In this document: one piece after another, positions 49,545-62,131 of the stretch
Layout: each line of letters begins with the position of its first letter
Position numbering within the stretch: the first letter of the stretch is position 1
Assembly: GCF_009914755.1 (NCBI RefSeq)
Contig: NC_060944.1
Origin: the human T2T-CHM13v2.0 reference genome, Homo sapiens
Length of the DNA: 64,000 nt
Strand: one strand, 5' to 3'
The notes under the pieces: generated by a model
Told to the model about the DNA's origin: nothing
What the model saw: the letters and a program-made list of their open reading frames with translations, nothing else
Database searches by the model: none
Translations under genes and position numbers: made by a program

Positions 49545-49990
49545 TTTTTTCTTATAACAGCTTTATTGAGACATCATTTACATACCATACAGTTCGCTCA
49601 TTTAAAGTACACAATTCAGTGGTTTTCAGTGTATTCACAGAAGCGTGCAGCCACCCGTCACTACAGCCAATTTTAGAATATTTTCACCACTTCCAGAAGA
49701 AGCCCCTAGCAGTCAGTCCTCATTCCCCCCTCTTCCGGCAACCCCCAGTCTGTATTTCCTGTCTCTGTGGATTTGCCTATTCTGGACATTTTATATAAAT
49801 TGAGTCACATGATATGCTCTCACTTAGCATACTGTTTTCAAGGTTCACCCGTGTTTAGTATGTTTCAGTACTTATTCCTTGTCATAGCTGAATAATCTTC
49901 CTTATATGTATATACCACGTTTTGTTTATCCATTTTTCTATCGATGGATGCTTGGGTGGTTTTCACTCTTTGGCTATTATGAATAGTGTC
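49545..49990 (-). mobile_element. L1MB-type 3' end, antisense
   Basis: aacagctttattgaga...catttaaagtacacaattcagtgg...ggatttgcctattctggacattt. Confidence 0.85.
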
Positions 49991-50087
49991 AGATATACTT
50001 TTAATGTTTATATTTATTGTATAATAACAGTGCATATCCGTACCTCCTGGTGTTAATTGTCTGTATCTTAAGAGTTTTAAGAATTAT

Positions 50088-50372
50088 ATGGTTGTGCTGT
50101 AATTCTAGCACTTAGGGAGGCCGAGGCGGGCAGATCGCTTTAGCTCAGGAGTTTGAGACCAGGCTGGGCAACATAGTAAAACCCTGTCTCTACTAAAGTA
50201 CAAAAAATTAGCTGGGCGTGGTGAAGTGTTCCTGTAGTCCCAGCTACTTGCAAGGCTGAGGCACAAGAATCACTTGAACCCAGGAGGCAGATGTTGCAGC
50301 GAGCCAAGATTGCACCACTGTACTGCAGCCTGAGCGACAGAGCAAGACTCCTGTCTCCAAAAAAAAAAAAAA
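50088..50372 (+). mobile_element. Alu with a degenerate 5' end
   Basis: Dimer, A-tail. Confidence 0.92.
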
Positions 50373-50463
50373 TTTTTCTTTATGATGAAACCCACAAGGC
50401 TGTACAAGAACCTTAAATATAGTTTGAAACAAAGAAAGACACATGCTTTTAAGTACAGTTTAA

Positions 50464-50692
50464 TTCTTTTCTTTTTTCTTTTTTCTTTTTTTTTTTTTTT
50501 GGAGACAGAGTCTCACTCTGTCGCCCAGGCTGGAGTACAGTGGTGCAATCTTGGCTCGCTGCAACATCTGCCTCCTGGGTTCAAGTGATTCTCGTGCCTC
50601 AGCCTTGCGAGTAGCTGGGACTACAGGAACACTTCACCACGCCCAGCTAATTTTTTGTATTTTAGTAGAGACAGGGTTTTACCATGTTGCCC
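50464..50692 (-). mobile_element. Truncated antisense AluS (right arm plus end of left arm)
   Basis: T-tail, right arm and linker; breaks at accatgttgccc where L1 begins. Confidence 0.92.
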
Positions 50693-50755
50693 CCATCATT
50701 CTCAGCAAACTATCGCAAGGACAAAAAACTGAACACCGCTTGTTCTCATTCATAG

Positions 50756-50773
50756 GTGCAAACTGAACAATGA
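50756..50773 (+). CDS. ATRN: Coding part (VQTEQ-stop) of the L1-derived alternative terminal exon of secreted attractin
   Basis: ttgttctcattcatag|GTG CAA ACT GAA CAA TGA, phase 0 after exon 24; VQTEQ is the C-terminus I recall for the secreted isoform. Confidence 0.93.
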
Positions 50774-50969
50774 GGACGCATGGACACAGGAAGGGGAACA
50801 TCACACACCAGGGCCTGTTGTGGGGTGGGGGGAAGGGGAAGGGATAGCATTAGGGGATATACCTAATGTTAAATGACGAGTTAATGGGTGCAGCACACCA
50901 ACATGGCATATGTATACATATGTAACAAACCTGCATGTTGTGCACATGTACCCTAAAACTTAAAGTATA

Positions 50970-50975
50970 ATTAAA
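50970..50975 (+). terminator. ATTAAA polyadenylation signal for the secreted-isoform exon
   Basis: At the start of the L1 A-tail; U/GU-rich tgtgttattcctttgtct follows at about 50992-51009. Confidence 0.7.
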
Positions 50976-52440
50976 AAAAAAAAAAGAAAAATGTGTTATT
51001 CCTTTGTCTCGAAAGTCCCCTGCTTTTCAGCTTTCGCTTTGGTTGTCTCTTGTCAGCTCTTTAATGCTATTGTTCCCTTGGGTTTCATCTGGACTCTTTT
51101 TCCCTGGGCAATCTCATCCACACCATCTGGGAACATTGCCTTTGGCTGGACAGGTAAATCTTTGTCTCTAGCAGACTTCTCTCCTGTGATCTCCAGAGCC
51201 AGGAACCCACTAGACTTCCTTAAAATTCATTCAGCCAGCAGACTTTCTGGCCCAGAGCAGCAGCTGTGAGTGGACAGCAGGCACCTCGTTAGAAGCTCGG
51301 TGTTGGAGGTGTGCCCATGCATTCCTGGGAGCCATGAGAGGGGAGGGGAGTGCCCTGTGTCACCTGAGTCCAAGTTAAGAGAGATCACACCAGAGCTGAT
51401 TCCTAAGGAGCATGGGGGCGGGGGAAGGGGGTGTTCGTGGTGGGGAAAGGGAATGACCAGCCCTTTCAGGAACTACCAGGAGTTTAGCAGAGCTGGTGAC
51501 AGTGCTATGAGCAAGAAGGTGGAGAGCTGGGGAGGGCCATTATGAAGAGACTGGAGATTGCAGGCTGTGAACTTGAGTCCTGATGTGACTGGGAATTGTT
51601 GAGATGTTTTAGGCCGAAAAGTCACCGACGATCAGTGTTTAGAAAGACCCCACTGGCAGCAGTTGGGAGTGTGGATTGGAAGGAGCCAGGCCTAAGTCCT
51701 GGGAGGACTTAGGAGGTCCAGGAGTCCAGGGAGTCCAGGTGGAATTCTTGTGTAGAAACCCAGGGAAGGGGACCATCTGATGACACACATCCCATAGCAA
51801 CTTCCTTTCCTCCTCTGCACCTCCACAGCAGAGTGTCTGTTTCCACTATACGAAGATTTCTTAATGGCAAGGATCACATTTTATCCCTCAGTGTCCTCAG
51901 TGTCATGTGCTAATCAGTTGGAGACACTCCCTAAATGTATGCCAGATGAGTATATAGTTGTTAGTATAAGGGCTTTACGGTAGGTATCAGAACTTTTTCT
52001 TTTTTACAACTTTTATAACTTTTATAAAGGAGCCGACACCTTTTTCTGATATTGTCAGAACAATTGCTGACCAGTGCTATGGGCTGGCTGAGGTTGGCAA
52101 CCAAGAATCTGTTATCTCAGTCTACACAGCGTGGAGTTAGAAGATTGGATTGCTGTTGGTTAGAATTTTGTCCAGAGAGTTAGAAGATAGAAGAAAAGGG
52201 AGGGCTGAGGACATAAACATCCAAATTTTACAAAGAAGAAAGTTCAGTGCTCCTGTCTATATTGAAATAGTTAAGAGGGAAATGATTGGGTCTGGGGAAT
52301 GCTTCAAAATAATATGATCATAGGGAAAGTAAGTGTAGTGTGGATGAAACAAGGTTGGCCTTGAGCTGATAATTTACTAAAGCAGGATGATGAGCGTGTG
52401 AGGTTCATTATAGTGCTCTTTCTACTTTTTAAAAAGCTTA

Positions 52441-52598
<158 letters not shown>

Positions 52599-55148
52599 TT
52601 ACACAATGAAAAGAATAATACAGGTGGTAGAAGAAGAAATAAAGGTATGAGTATATGATTTGGCCTCCTACAGACAGCTACAGGAGCATGCCTCTGCTGG
52701 GCGGGCCTGGAGCATAGTGCACCCTGGAGCTGAAGTTCTGTTCGCCTTTACAGGAAGTACACAGCATTGTACGGGGGTTTTACCAGTTAACAGTGGACAG
52801 TCTCTAGAACACTCAGGGGTCAGGGGCAAAACTCCCTCTCCCTCAAACCAGCCCACCTGTCTTGGTGAGAATGGAAAACGGAGCTTCCCAGCAAGCCTCC
52901 TGCCTTCACCCCGACGCACAGGTGCATCAGGGTCTGAGGGCTCCTCCCTGTGGGGCCTGGGAAGCCGCCCTTCAGTGGGCTATGGCTGCATTGTCTTCTG
53001 ATCTTGTAGCTGTGTGTGGGTAACAGGCACATCGTCTCCCCATATCCCAGAGAGTCATGTCCACTTCCTATCTGTGGTGGCATCTTTCCATCACTGTCAC
53101 CCTCAGGATAATGGCACAGGAACTAACAGAGGCACTAAGAGCAGTGATATATACTGGAGGGAGGGGCGGGGCTGATGACCAAAATCACCTTCTGTTTCAG
53201 TAAGAGGTTGGTTAAAGTGATGCCTAAAATGGATAGATCAGGAAATAACAATAAAAACATTAATGATAAAAAGGCAACTGCCAGAAGAACTGAAAAGTAA
53301 CCTAGTTCAAGGTGGGGGTCCCTGGAGAGAAGCCTTCAGAAGAGCAGAGGAAGAGCAGGGAACATTGCTTTTCATGACTAGCCTTTCAGTGCCTTTTGAT
53401 ATTTCAGCTAAGTATGTAGTTCTCTAATGATTTCTAAATTGTTAATGAGTGTGATAGAATAGGAATTCTGGAGAATGGTCAAAAGGAATTGCTAGGAGAA
53501 AATTAGGGAAAGAAAGCACAGAGCAGTATTGAGGTGGGAGGTTGGGAGCAGACAGATGGTGAGTGTTCGTTTGCATGGCAGGAATGAGTGGCTGAATGGC
53601 ATTAACTGGCCATGGGGCTCTGACCAGAGCTTGGGTATACAGTTTCTGTGCCAGCACAAACCAGCATTAGGTGCGTGGTGTGTGAGGCCGGGTGATGGTC
53701 ATATGGATCTGGTCCAGAGCTGTGGTCTTGACATAGAGTTCCATGTATGAACTTTGGTGGTGGTGGTGGTTGTTTTGTTTCGTTTTTTAAGAAAAAAGGA
53801 AGAGTTGTTTTATGTCACAGCCAAACTCAAGGAGGTGACAGCACAAGACCCAGGTTAGAATGTACTTAGCCAGGGCTCACGGAATCTTCCATCCTTTGCA
53901 AAGCCAAGAAGAGTAGAGGCCTCAAGGAGAATAGAGGAGCACATGGGCTCCTTCTGGGCTGAGCTCTCACCCTTGGTGGGGCCGCTGGTCCCAGGGGGCC
54001 GTTGGGAGCCTGCGGAGATTCTGCCCAGTACATACATACCTTGCGTTTTCTCGGAGCCTGACAGGTGCTGCCTTGAAGCGGAAAGACTTCACCTCACAGG
54101 GTGGCCAGCTGTCCTTTCTCTTCCTCTCCCTGTCTTGTGTGCTCATGATAATGGATAGATAGACATCTCCATGGTAGAAATAATGCAGCCCTTTCTGCAG
54201 TCCATGGTTCCACAGCATATGGTCAGTAGACTTAGATGAGTGCTACATAAAGTGTAATTAGTTCTGCACCACGGTGTCTTACCTTCTGAAAAGGAAACTC
54301 TGGTATTGACTTAGAAATGCCAGTTTTATCCTTCCGACCAGAACGCAAGTCCTGAATGAGGCCAGAGGCCAATGAAAGGTCCTTTCTTCTCTCTTTTCAA
54401 ATCTGCTGTATTAAACAGTGACTTTTCCTAGTCATTCAGTATTCATTCATTCATCCATTTATTCAAGTTTTTGAGTACCTTCTTTGTGGATGGCACATAG
54501 TAGATGCAAAAATACAATCATTTTTAAAATGGAAAGCATTTGTTATGTGGTAGTGGAATATAAGAAATGCCATGCTTCCATATTTTTATGGTAATCTTGG
54601 ACTCAGGTTCTACCCACCATACTTAATTAGAAATTCATTCTCAGCCTCTGTTTTGGCAGAGACCCATTCTCTTCCCTCAGGAACATACAGAAACCTCAGG
54701 GCTGAACTGAGCTCAGAGGTTGGGGAAGGTCCCCTGGTCTGATCTTCAGTCGCTGACTGCTGCGCCCGATTCCCTGGCCCCTCACTCTTGAGGGCAGCAT
54801 CCTCACTCTTGTGTGGCACAGGCTTGGACATAGAATGACACTTAAGCACCAGAGCCTCCCTAGCCTGCCACAAGGACACCCTACATTCCCAGGCACTTTC
54901 AGAATGCGAAACCTCCCCTCCATTCCCTCCCTTTCCCTGCCTCCAGGTTTGGGCCCTGCCTCTCCTTTTGTTTCAAAGCACTGTCCTCTCTTCCTCTACC
55001 CTTATCCTTCCCCATCTCCCTCCCACTCCCCAAAAGAGCCAAACTAATTATGGGGATTTAACCTTCCAATTAAAGGCGAGGATTTTTTTTTTTCAATGCA
55101 GTTCCTGAAATGCTAAAGAAATTGTCCAGGGAAAGGAGCACAGGAGGA

Positions 55149-55474
55149 GTTTTGTTTTGTTTTGTTTTGTTTTGTTTTGTTTTGTTTTGTTTTGAGACAG
55201 TCTCGCTCTGTCACCCAGGCTGGAGTGCAGTGGTGCGATCTTGGCTTACCGCAACCTCTCCACCTCCTGGGTTTGAGCAATTCTTGTGCCTCAGCCCCCC
55301 AAGTAGCTGGGATCACAGGTGCACACCACCACGCCAGCTAATTTTTGTATTTTTAGTAGAAATGGGGTTTTGCCATGTTGGCCAGGCTGGTTTCGACCTC
55401 CTGGCCTCAAGTGATCCACCCACCTCAGCCTCCCAAAGTACTGGGATTACAGGCGTGAGCCACTGCATCCAGCC
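55149..55474 (-). mobile_element. AluS/J, antisense, (TTTTG)n tail
   Basis: Dimer. Confidence 0.94.
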
Positions 55475-55808
55475 TGATGTTTAAATAATTTCTTACTTCA
55501 GAGTTTCCTGAAGTGTGGCCTATGGAGACTAGCATCAGAATCACTGGAGGAGCTTAAAGATATAGAGACAGGGATAGGGCCTGAGATTCTGACTTTGTTG
55601 TAAGCTATCCAGAGTTTGAGAGCCATGGCCTAGTTCTTGGAATACAAAAGTGTATCTGCTCTTGTATGGGAGGTAGGAAGTTACCTTTTCATTCATTCTT
55701 CTACAACAGTAATTTAAAAGTTAGGAATTGGTATCTTCATAGACAGAAGAATGCAGGAATCCTCTTCTCAGGATGTCTGTCTTTACACAGCCATGGTATA
55801 TGGTAGAC

Positions 55809-56030
55809 CAAGTTTGTCCAACCCATGGCCCGCGGGCTACATGCAGCCCAGGACGGCTTTGAATGCAGCCCAACACAATTCATAAACTTTCTTAAAACAT
55901 GATTTTTTTATTTTATTTTTTTTTAAGCTCATCAGCACTATCGTTAGTGTTAGTGTTAGTGTATTTTATGTGTGGCCAAAGACAATTCTTCCAGTGTGGC
56001 CTAGGGAAGCCAAAAGATTGGACACCCCTA
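55809..56030. mobile_element. MER30 hAT MITE
   Basis: caagtttgtccaaccc...gggaagccaaaagattggacacccct; tagac on both flanks. Confidence 0.9.
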
Positions 56031-56854
56031 TATAGACCATAATTATCACACGCCCTGAGAGGGAAGCAGATCAATGGTGAGGGAGCGTAGAGGAGAGCCT
56101 GCCAGAGTTTCCAGTGGGGCCGGGGATGCTTAAAAACGGAGGCAGTGATGTGCTGAGCCAGAAAGGACAGGGAGGACCCCCATGCACACAGGCAGGGAGG
56201 CTCTCTGGTGACATCTGCCGTCAGGTACAGTAGTACAGTAGTAGAGTGAGCGGAAGCACTTTTGGCTGAAGTGCAACATTAGTGATTGAGGAAGTGCAGG
56301 TCCGTAATATCTTACCCCAAACCCTGGGGCTCACTGAGCTTCCAAGTTCAGAGTTTTTCAGAATTGATGAACACATCCAGAAGGCCCATGGGGCAGATAC
56401 ACCTTAGACATATTGATGAAAGTGGAGTTGGAATTGGGTTGTGGAAGTCGTAGGACGTGAATTCTAGGTTTCTTGGAGTGTGGAGTATGGTGTCTACTGT
56501 TTGGAAACAGAGAAGAATGACATTATGAGTTTTATTTATAAAATAAGAATTTCTTCTTTGTATTAAAATAGATTTTTATATAGGAAATTTTCATTACCTT
56601 CAGTATCAGAAAGGCCCCCAAATCTATTTCACCGTTTCCATAATAAATTGTGAAAGAAAGATTTGATTGGGATATTGTCTTTAAAAATGAAACCAAAAAG
56701 TATGGGAAAATACTTTAATTTTAGAGTTAACAACATTTATAGTTACAATCATGAAGCAGGTATGGTGCTGCTTCATGAGCCAAGTTCATAAAAGAAAAAA
56801 AAAATCAGATCTTACTGAGTTCTGTGAGACAGATCATTATTTTTCTTATTAACA

Positions 56855-57010
56855 TATTCATTTATTCAGCAAATGTTTATTAAGTGCCAATTAATGTATC
56901 AGTGGCTGCTTTAGGCACTGGAGATATATGGTCAGTGGGATAAGGGGAAGTCTCTGTCTTCAATCCTCACAGATCTTATTTTCCATAAGTAAGTGTACAA
57001 ATACGGGCTA
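56855..57010 (-). mobile_element. L2 3' end
   Basis: attcatttattcagcaaatgtttattaagtgcc...ttaggcactggagatata. Confidence 0.7.
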
Positions 57011-59442
57011 TGAATTAAATAGAGCAAGATAAAGAGATGGGGGTGTGGCTTCAGTTGTGCACATGGTGCCCAGAAATCTGATAGCTCCATCATGGAGTCC
57101 TTCACTTGAGACTTCACAGCAGGATGTAAAAAGCAACAGCCAGGAAACTCCTTAGTTTTCCCAAAGTCCTCCCTTAATCTCGTTTAGAGAATTATGAAAC
57201 ACTTCCTATGGCTTCATCCTTTATCCCTTCTTCAGTTGATAACTGAAGGGCTAAATCTGCCAAGTCTTCCTTTGCCAATGGTTTTGTGCGAGCAGTTCTC
57301 CAACAGCGCTTCCACTAAAATCTTGTCTTTTACAAGATGGATTTTACAGTTGGTTGGCATTGTATGACAGTCTGTGAGTAGGGACAGCCCAATGTATGTT
57401 TGTTAATCAAGTTTATGCCTTTTACGTTGAGTAATTTTTAATTACCTCGTGTAATTTTTAACAGCACTCTCCTTCATCTTCAGAAGTGTTCAGTTTGAAC
57501 AATAAGTTTGTCATCTTGTCAGTCAAAGGTTGACCAACAAAGACTGACCGCAGTGGGCGGGGTATTCAGCAGGGTTAGATGTTTCTAAGTGGTCAGTGCT
57601 TTCATAAACATTTTCACGTTATGACCTTTGCCTCCTCACACAATCTTGTAACTATGGAGACTTAGATGATAAAGATTCAACTAAGAGGATCCCTTTAAAG
57701 TCTTGGGTACCAGCCATACCAAAAGCTGTTTTATATGAGGTTCTTTATGATTATAATTTGGACATGAACATGGAGTGGTCCTGCTTCAGCAAGAAATCAG
57801 GCTAATAACCATTAGCATCCAGTGTGGGTAAAGGCGGGGGCTGCCCTGAGGAGTGTTGTGTGGCACAGGGCGCATGAACACCAGATAAGTCCTCAGACAG
57901 TGCCCTTAGCATCCAGTGGTTTTTGGCATCTAGCAGGGAGTAAAAGTATCTCATAGATTCTTTAAGTGTAAACACCGAGGACACACTTAACGTTTTAAAA
58001 GATTGAAATCCAGACAGGGCTGGGGTGGACTCTAATCTGTTTCCTTCTCTCTCTTTATGTGTTATAACTTGGATTCTTCATTCCCCAAAATGACCTTGTT
58101 TATATAATTCTCCAGTCTTATTTAAAACTTTTAAGTGAGGACCATGGCTCATATTCCGCAGCTTTCCTTCTCTCAAGGAGCTAGGACTGGTTATTGTGAT
58201 AAATGAAGGAAAAGAAAAGAAAGTGGGTTTCTGTTTATTGTATGAAATTGATGTAACTTTGTATTTCTGATTATAAATGGTAGCCAGAGGGAGGACACAA
58301 AAACTTCAAATTCCAAGCCCCATAATATATTATGGCCTGAATAGTGTTGGAATTTATTTATTTATGGAATGTCAAAAAGAAAATAGGGCCATCAAAAAAG
58401 CAAACAGTGGAAGTCTATTTTCTGGCCCCTGTGAGTCTGGCTCTAAAAACAGTGCAAGGGGTTGGGGTTTGGTGGGACTAGGAAAGCAGATGCTCGTCAT
58501 TTACCTTCCTGTGTTTGTCATGAGAATTGTCTGTACTGGGATTGTCACCTTGGTCAGTAATTGTTTCGTTTATAGTACCATTGTCTCTCCAAAGAGGGCT
58601 GAGTTCCCTAAAAAAAAGCAGGCAGCGCACCACAACATCTGGCTAGTAGCACGTATATTATCGGTGATAGTAAGGACACAATTCTCGTATTTAATCAATT
58701 TGGAGGTATGCATTTTTTCGTGGGCTAATATCCCTGAAATCATGATGCATCTTATGGTCAGTGACTTAAAAAGCATTATGTCATAGTTAAATTGACAGTG
58801 TTTTTCCTAAATTATACACAGAATAATGCCTTTTTCAGCCAATGTTATTTTAGAGTTGATGAAATATGTTGCATTTTTATATTCTTGGTATGAAGACTAT
58901 TAACTGTATAATAAAATTATTTAAGTTCTGATGACGTAGTGTCAGATGATGTTCAGTGTAGCAAAACGCGAGGCACAATTTTTTGTAAAAAGGACAATAT
59001 CTTGCAGTCAGTACACACTGAGTACATAAATGTTGACCGAATGAAGAGCACAGAATGGGGCTGCCCACCTGGAGGCAGAGCCATGAATTGGTACTGAGGC
59101 AAACAAGGAGAGCTTTGTGTGTGGGTGGAGGCGCAGGGAGGGAGCGCCAGGCTTCATGGAGGCATGCGAGGGTCTCCAGGGTCAAACAGACAGAACCTCA
59201 GAACTGGTGTGAAGCTTAGAAGGGGCTGCAGGAGGCTGTGCTAAAGCCTCAGTGTATTGCTATGGGACTGGCAACTAAACAAGTAAACTAAAGGGGTGAG
59301 GTACTTTTCCTTAAGTGAAAAAAGTTTCCTTAACTTCTTTAAAATGTAAGCTCTGTTTTCAGCTTAACTCTTGAAATGAGAAGCGTGAATCCGTGGTGGT
59401 TTCATGACCTGCATAATCACACTACCTGTTTTTCTGTCACAG

Positions 59443-59504
59443 ATTGCCTTCTCTCAGCACAGCAATTTTATGGACCTGGTACAGTTCTTCGTGACTTTCT
59501 TCAG
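59443..59504 (+). CDS. ATRN: First membrane-isoform-specific ATRN exon, IAFSQHSNFMDLVQFFVTFF(S), start of the TM region
   Basis: Acceptor ttttctgtcacag|ATT, donor AG|gtaatt; 62 nt, phase 0 to 2. Confidence 0.96.
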
Positions 59505-60881
59505 GTAATTTTGCTTATACAGACTCTCTCTGTTCTTTTGATTTAGGCACTAGATCCATTAATAGAGTATCAGCTCCTAAAAGATAAAAAGAATAATCCT
59601 GTGTTTCCACCACAGATTAAGTTTACTTCATATGTGTTCCTGAAAAGTTAGATGTCAGTTACAGTAATATAAACTCAATCTAGCATGACAAAGTGAAAAC
59701 GTTTGGTTTGTATGTTCTGGCTTCCAGCGGGGGGCTTTGCATGTATCCTGTATTAATTTTGCATGCATCCTATAGATAATTTGGCTCTTCATATGGGGAG
59801 AATTTGGGACTAAAACAACATTTAATCAATAATGGTTACTGATGTGAGCTACACATATGCTTATGCTTGTTCAAGAGATGATTCTGGTGATTATCCAAAG
59901 TTTTAAAGCTGAAAGTGATTTTTTAGTGCCCTGGGATTTTCTTTTATTTCCATAGTTTTTTTCGTAGTCTAATTTTATCTTTATGAAAATACTATAGACA
60001 AATAATTGAAAAAGACAAAAAACGTGCTGCAGTTTTTAAAACAGAAAGCAGCAATAGCCTGCCTTGCGCCTTCCCCACCCCACGTCCCCCAATTTAAATT
60101 GTTTTGTTTTTTACTTCTCTGTGTTTACACTTGGTTTTTCAGTTAAGTTCTCTTTTGATGTCCTACTGTAGAAGATGAGGATATACTGTGTTACATGGCC
60201 TCCCCTAGCATCTCCCCTCACACCACAAAAGCATACAAAAGCCCCATCTCTTTCATTTAATACCATTGTATCATAATGCATGGCTAAATCAGTGATCCCT
60301 ATCTATGTTATGGCCATAAAACTCTTATTCACAGCTGCATTGAACAGTGATTACACTACCACATTTTTTGGGTAGAAGGATCATTCTTTGCTTATCCTAA
60401 ATGTAGTATTTGCCATGTTTTGGCTTTTTAATTGTTTGATTTTTCTATGTGCCTACCCCTGATTTATCACTATACTCTTGCTGATGTACCTTTAGAACAG
60501 TAAAAAATAAAATAAAATAAAGTATCATTGTACTGTGACAGAACTGAGAAATCTCACAATGGTCACACACAGGAAGGTGCTCTCTTGGTTTGAATTTCTC
60601 TCGGAGTTGCCCACCCTAGAACCTTCCCACCTCCTGCCCCCAAGTGCACTTGTTCCTGAGGCCTGCTGCACAACTGTCATTTGGAAACTTCCTTTGCCTT
60701 CCTCCTATATTGAAGTCTCTGTTTCCCAGATCCCATGTCTTCACCTTCCTATCCATTCCCTCTTTTTACTGGAGCACATTCTCTAGATTTATGAGAAAAG
60801 ATGCCTGGGAGATAACTTTTCTGTGAGCTCTCCTGACTGAAAATATATTTATTTTATCCTACAATTTGATTGAATTTCTGG

Positions 60882-61199
<318 letters not shown>

Positions 61200-61704
61200 C
61201 TAGGTTCAAAATCATTTTCCATTAGAATTTAGAAGACGTTATACTATTTTTTCTAGTGTCCAGTATAATATTGAGAAGGCTAGTGCTGTTATAATTCCCA
61301 CTCTTTGTATGGGATCCGTTTTCTCTCTTGAAAAGTATATTTAAGTGTAATATAAAGTTACAGAAACATTTGCAAATCCTATGTGTGTAGCTCAGTGAAT
61401 TATCACAAATTGAACACTTCTAGAGTATTGATAATATTATCTCTTGTTCACCCAGAACACTTCAGGCTTCTTATTTCTTCTCTGTCAGTTTCGGCAAGTT
61501 GTATATAGTTTTCTTCTAATGATCCCATTCCATCTGTTCCATTCTCTTGTTCACTGAGAACAAGAGTTAATATTACCAATACTCTAGAAGTTCCTCTTGT
61601 GTTTCCCCTCACTCACAACCCCCTGCCTCTTCCCCAAAGGTACCATTTACCTGACTTCTCAAACCATACATTGCATTTGCTATTTTTGAAATGCATATGA
61701 ATTA

Positions 61705-62025
<321 letters not shown>

Positions 62026-62131
62026 TAAATGAAATCACAACATAAATTTTAAGATGATTTGGTTGATGAAGAAAATACTGAAAACTTGTGGGTTGCAGTT
62101 AAAGTTGTGCTTCGAGGTTATAGCTGTAAAT

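Larger units (their letters stand above)
50693..50991 (+). mobile_element. Younger L1PA (about PA3-5) 3' fragment hosting the secreted-isoform exon
   Basis: ccatcattctcagcaaactatcgcaaggacaaaaaac...aatgttaaatgacgagttaatgggtgcagcacaccaacatggc...cttaaagtataat plus A-tail. Confidence 0.95.

Noticed and set aside
52660-55047. GC-richer stretch with several ORFs, possible enhancer or nested gene
   Set aside because: No CpG island, coherent exon structure or recognisable protein; not supportable from sequence alone
58277-58786. 169-aa ORF, the longest in the track, as a stand-alone gene
   Set aside because: No recognisable domain or promoter context; only the splice-site-bounded 58595-58705 part is kept as a candidate exon
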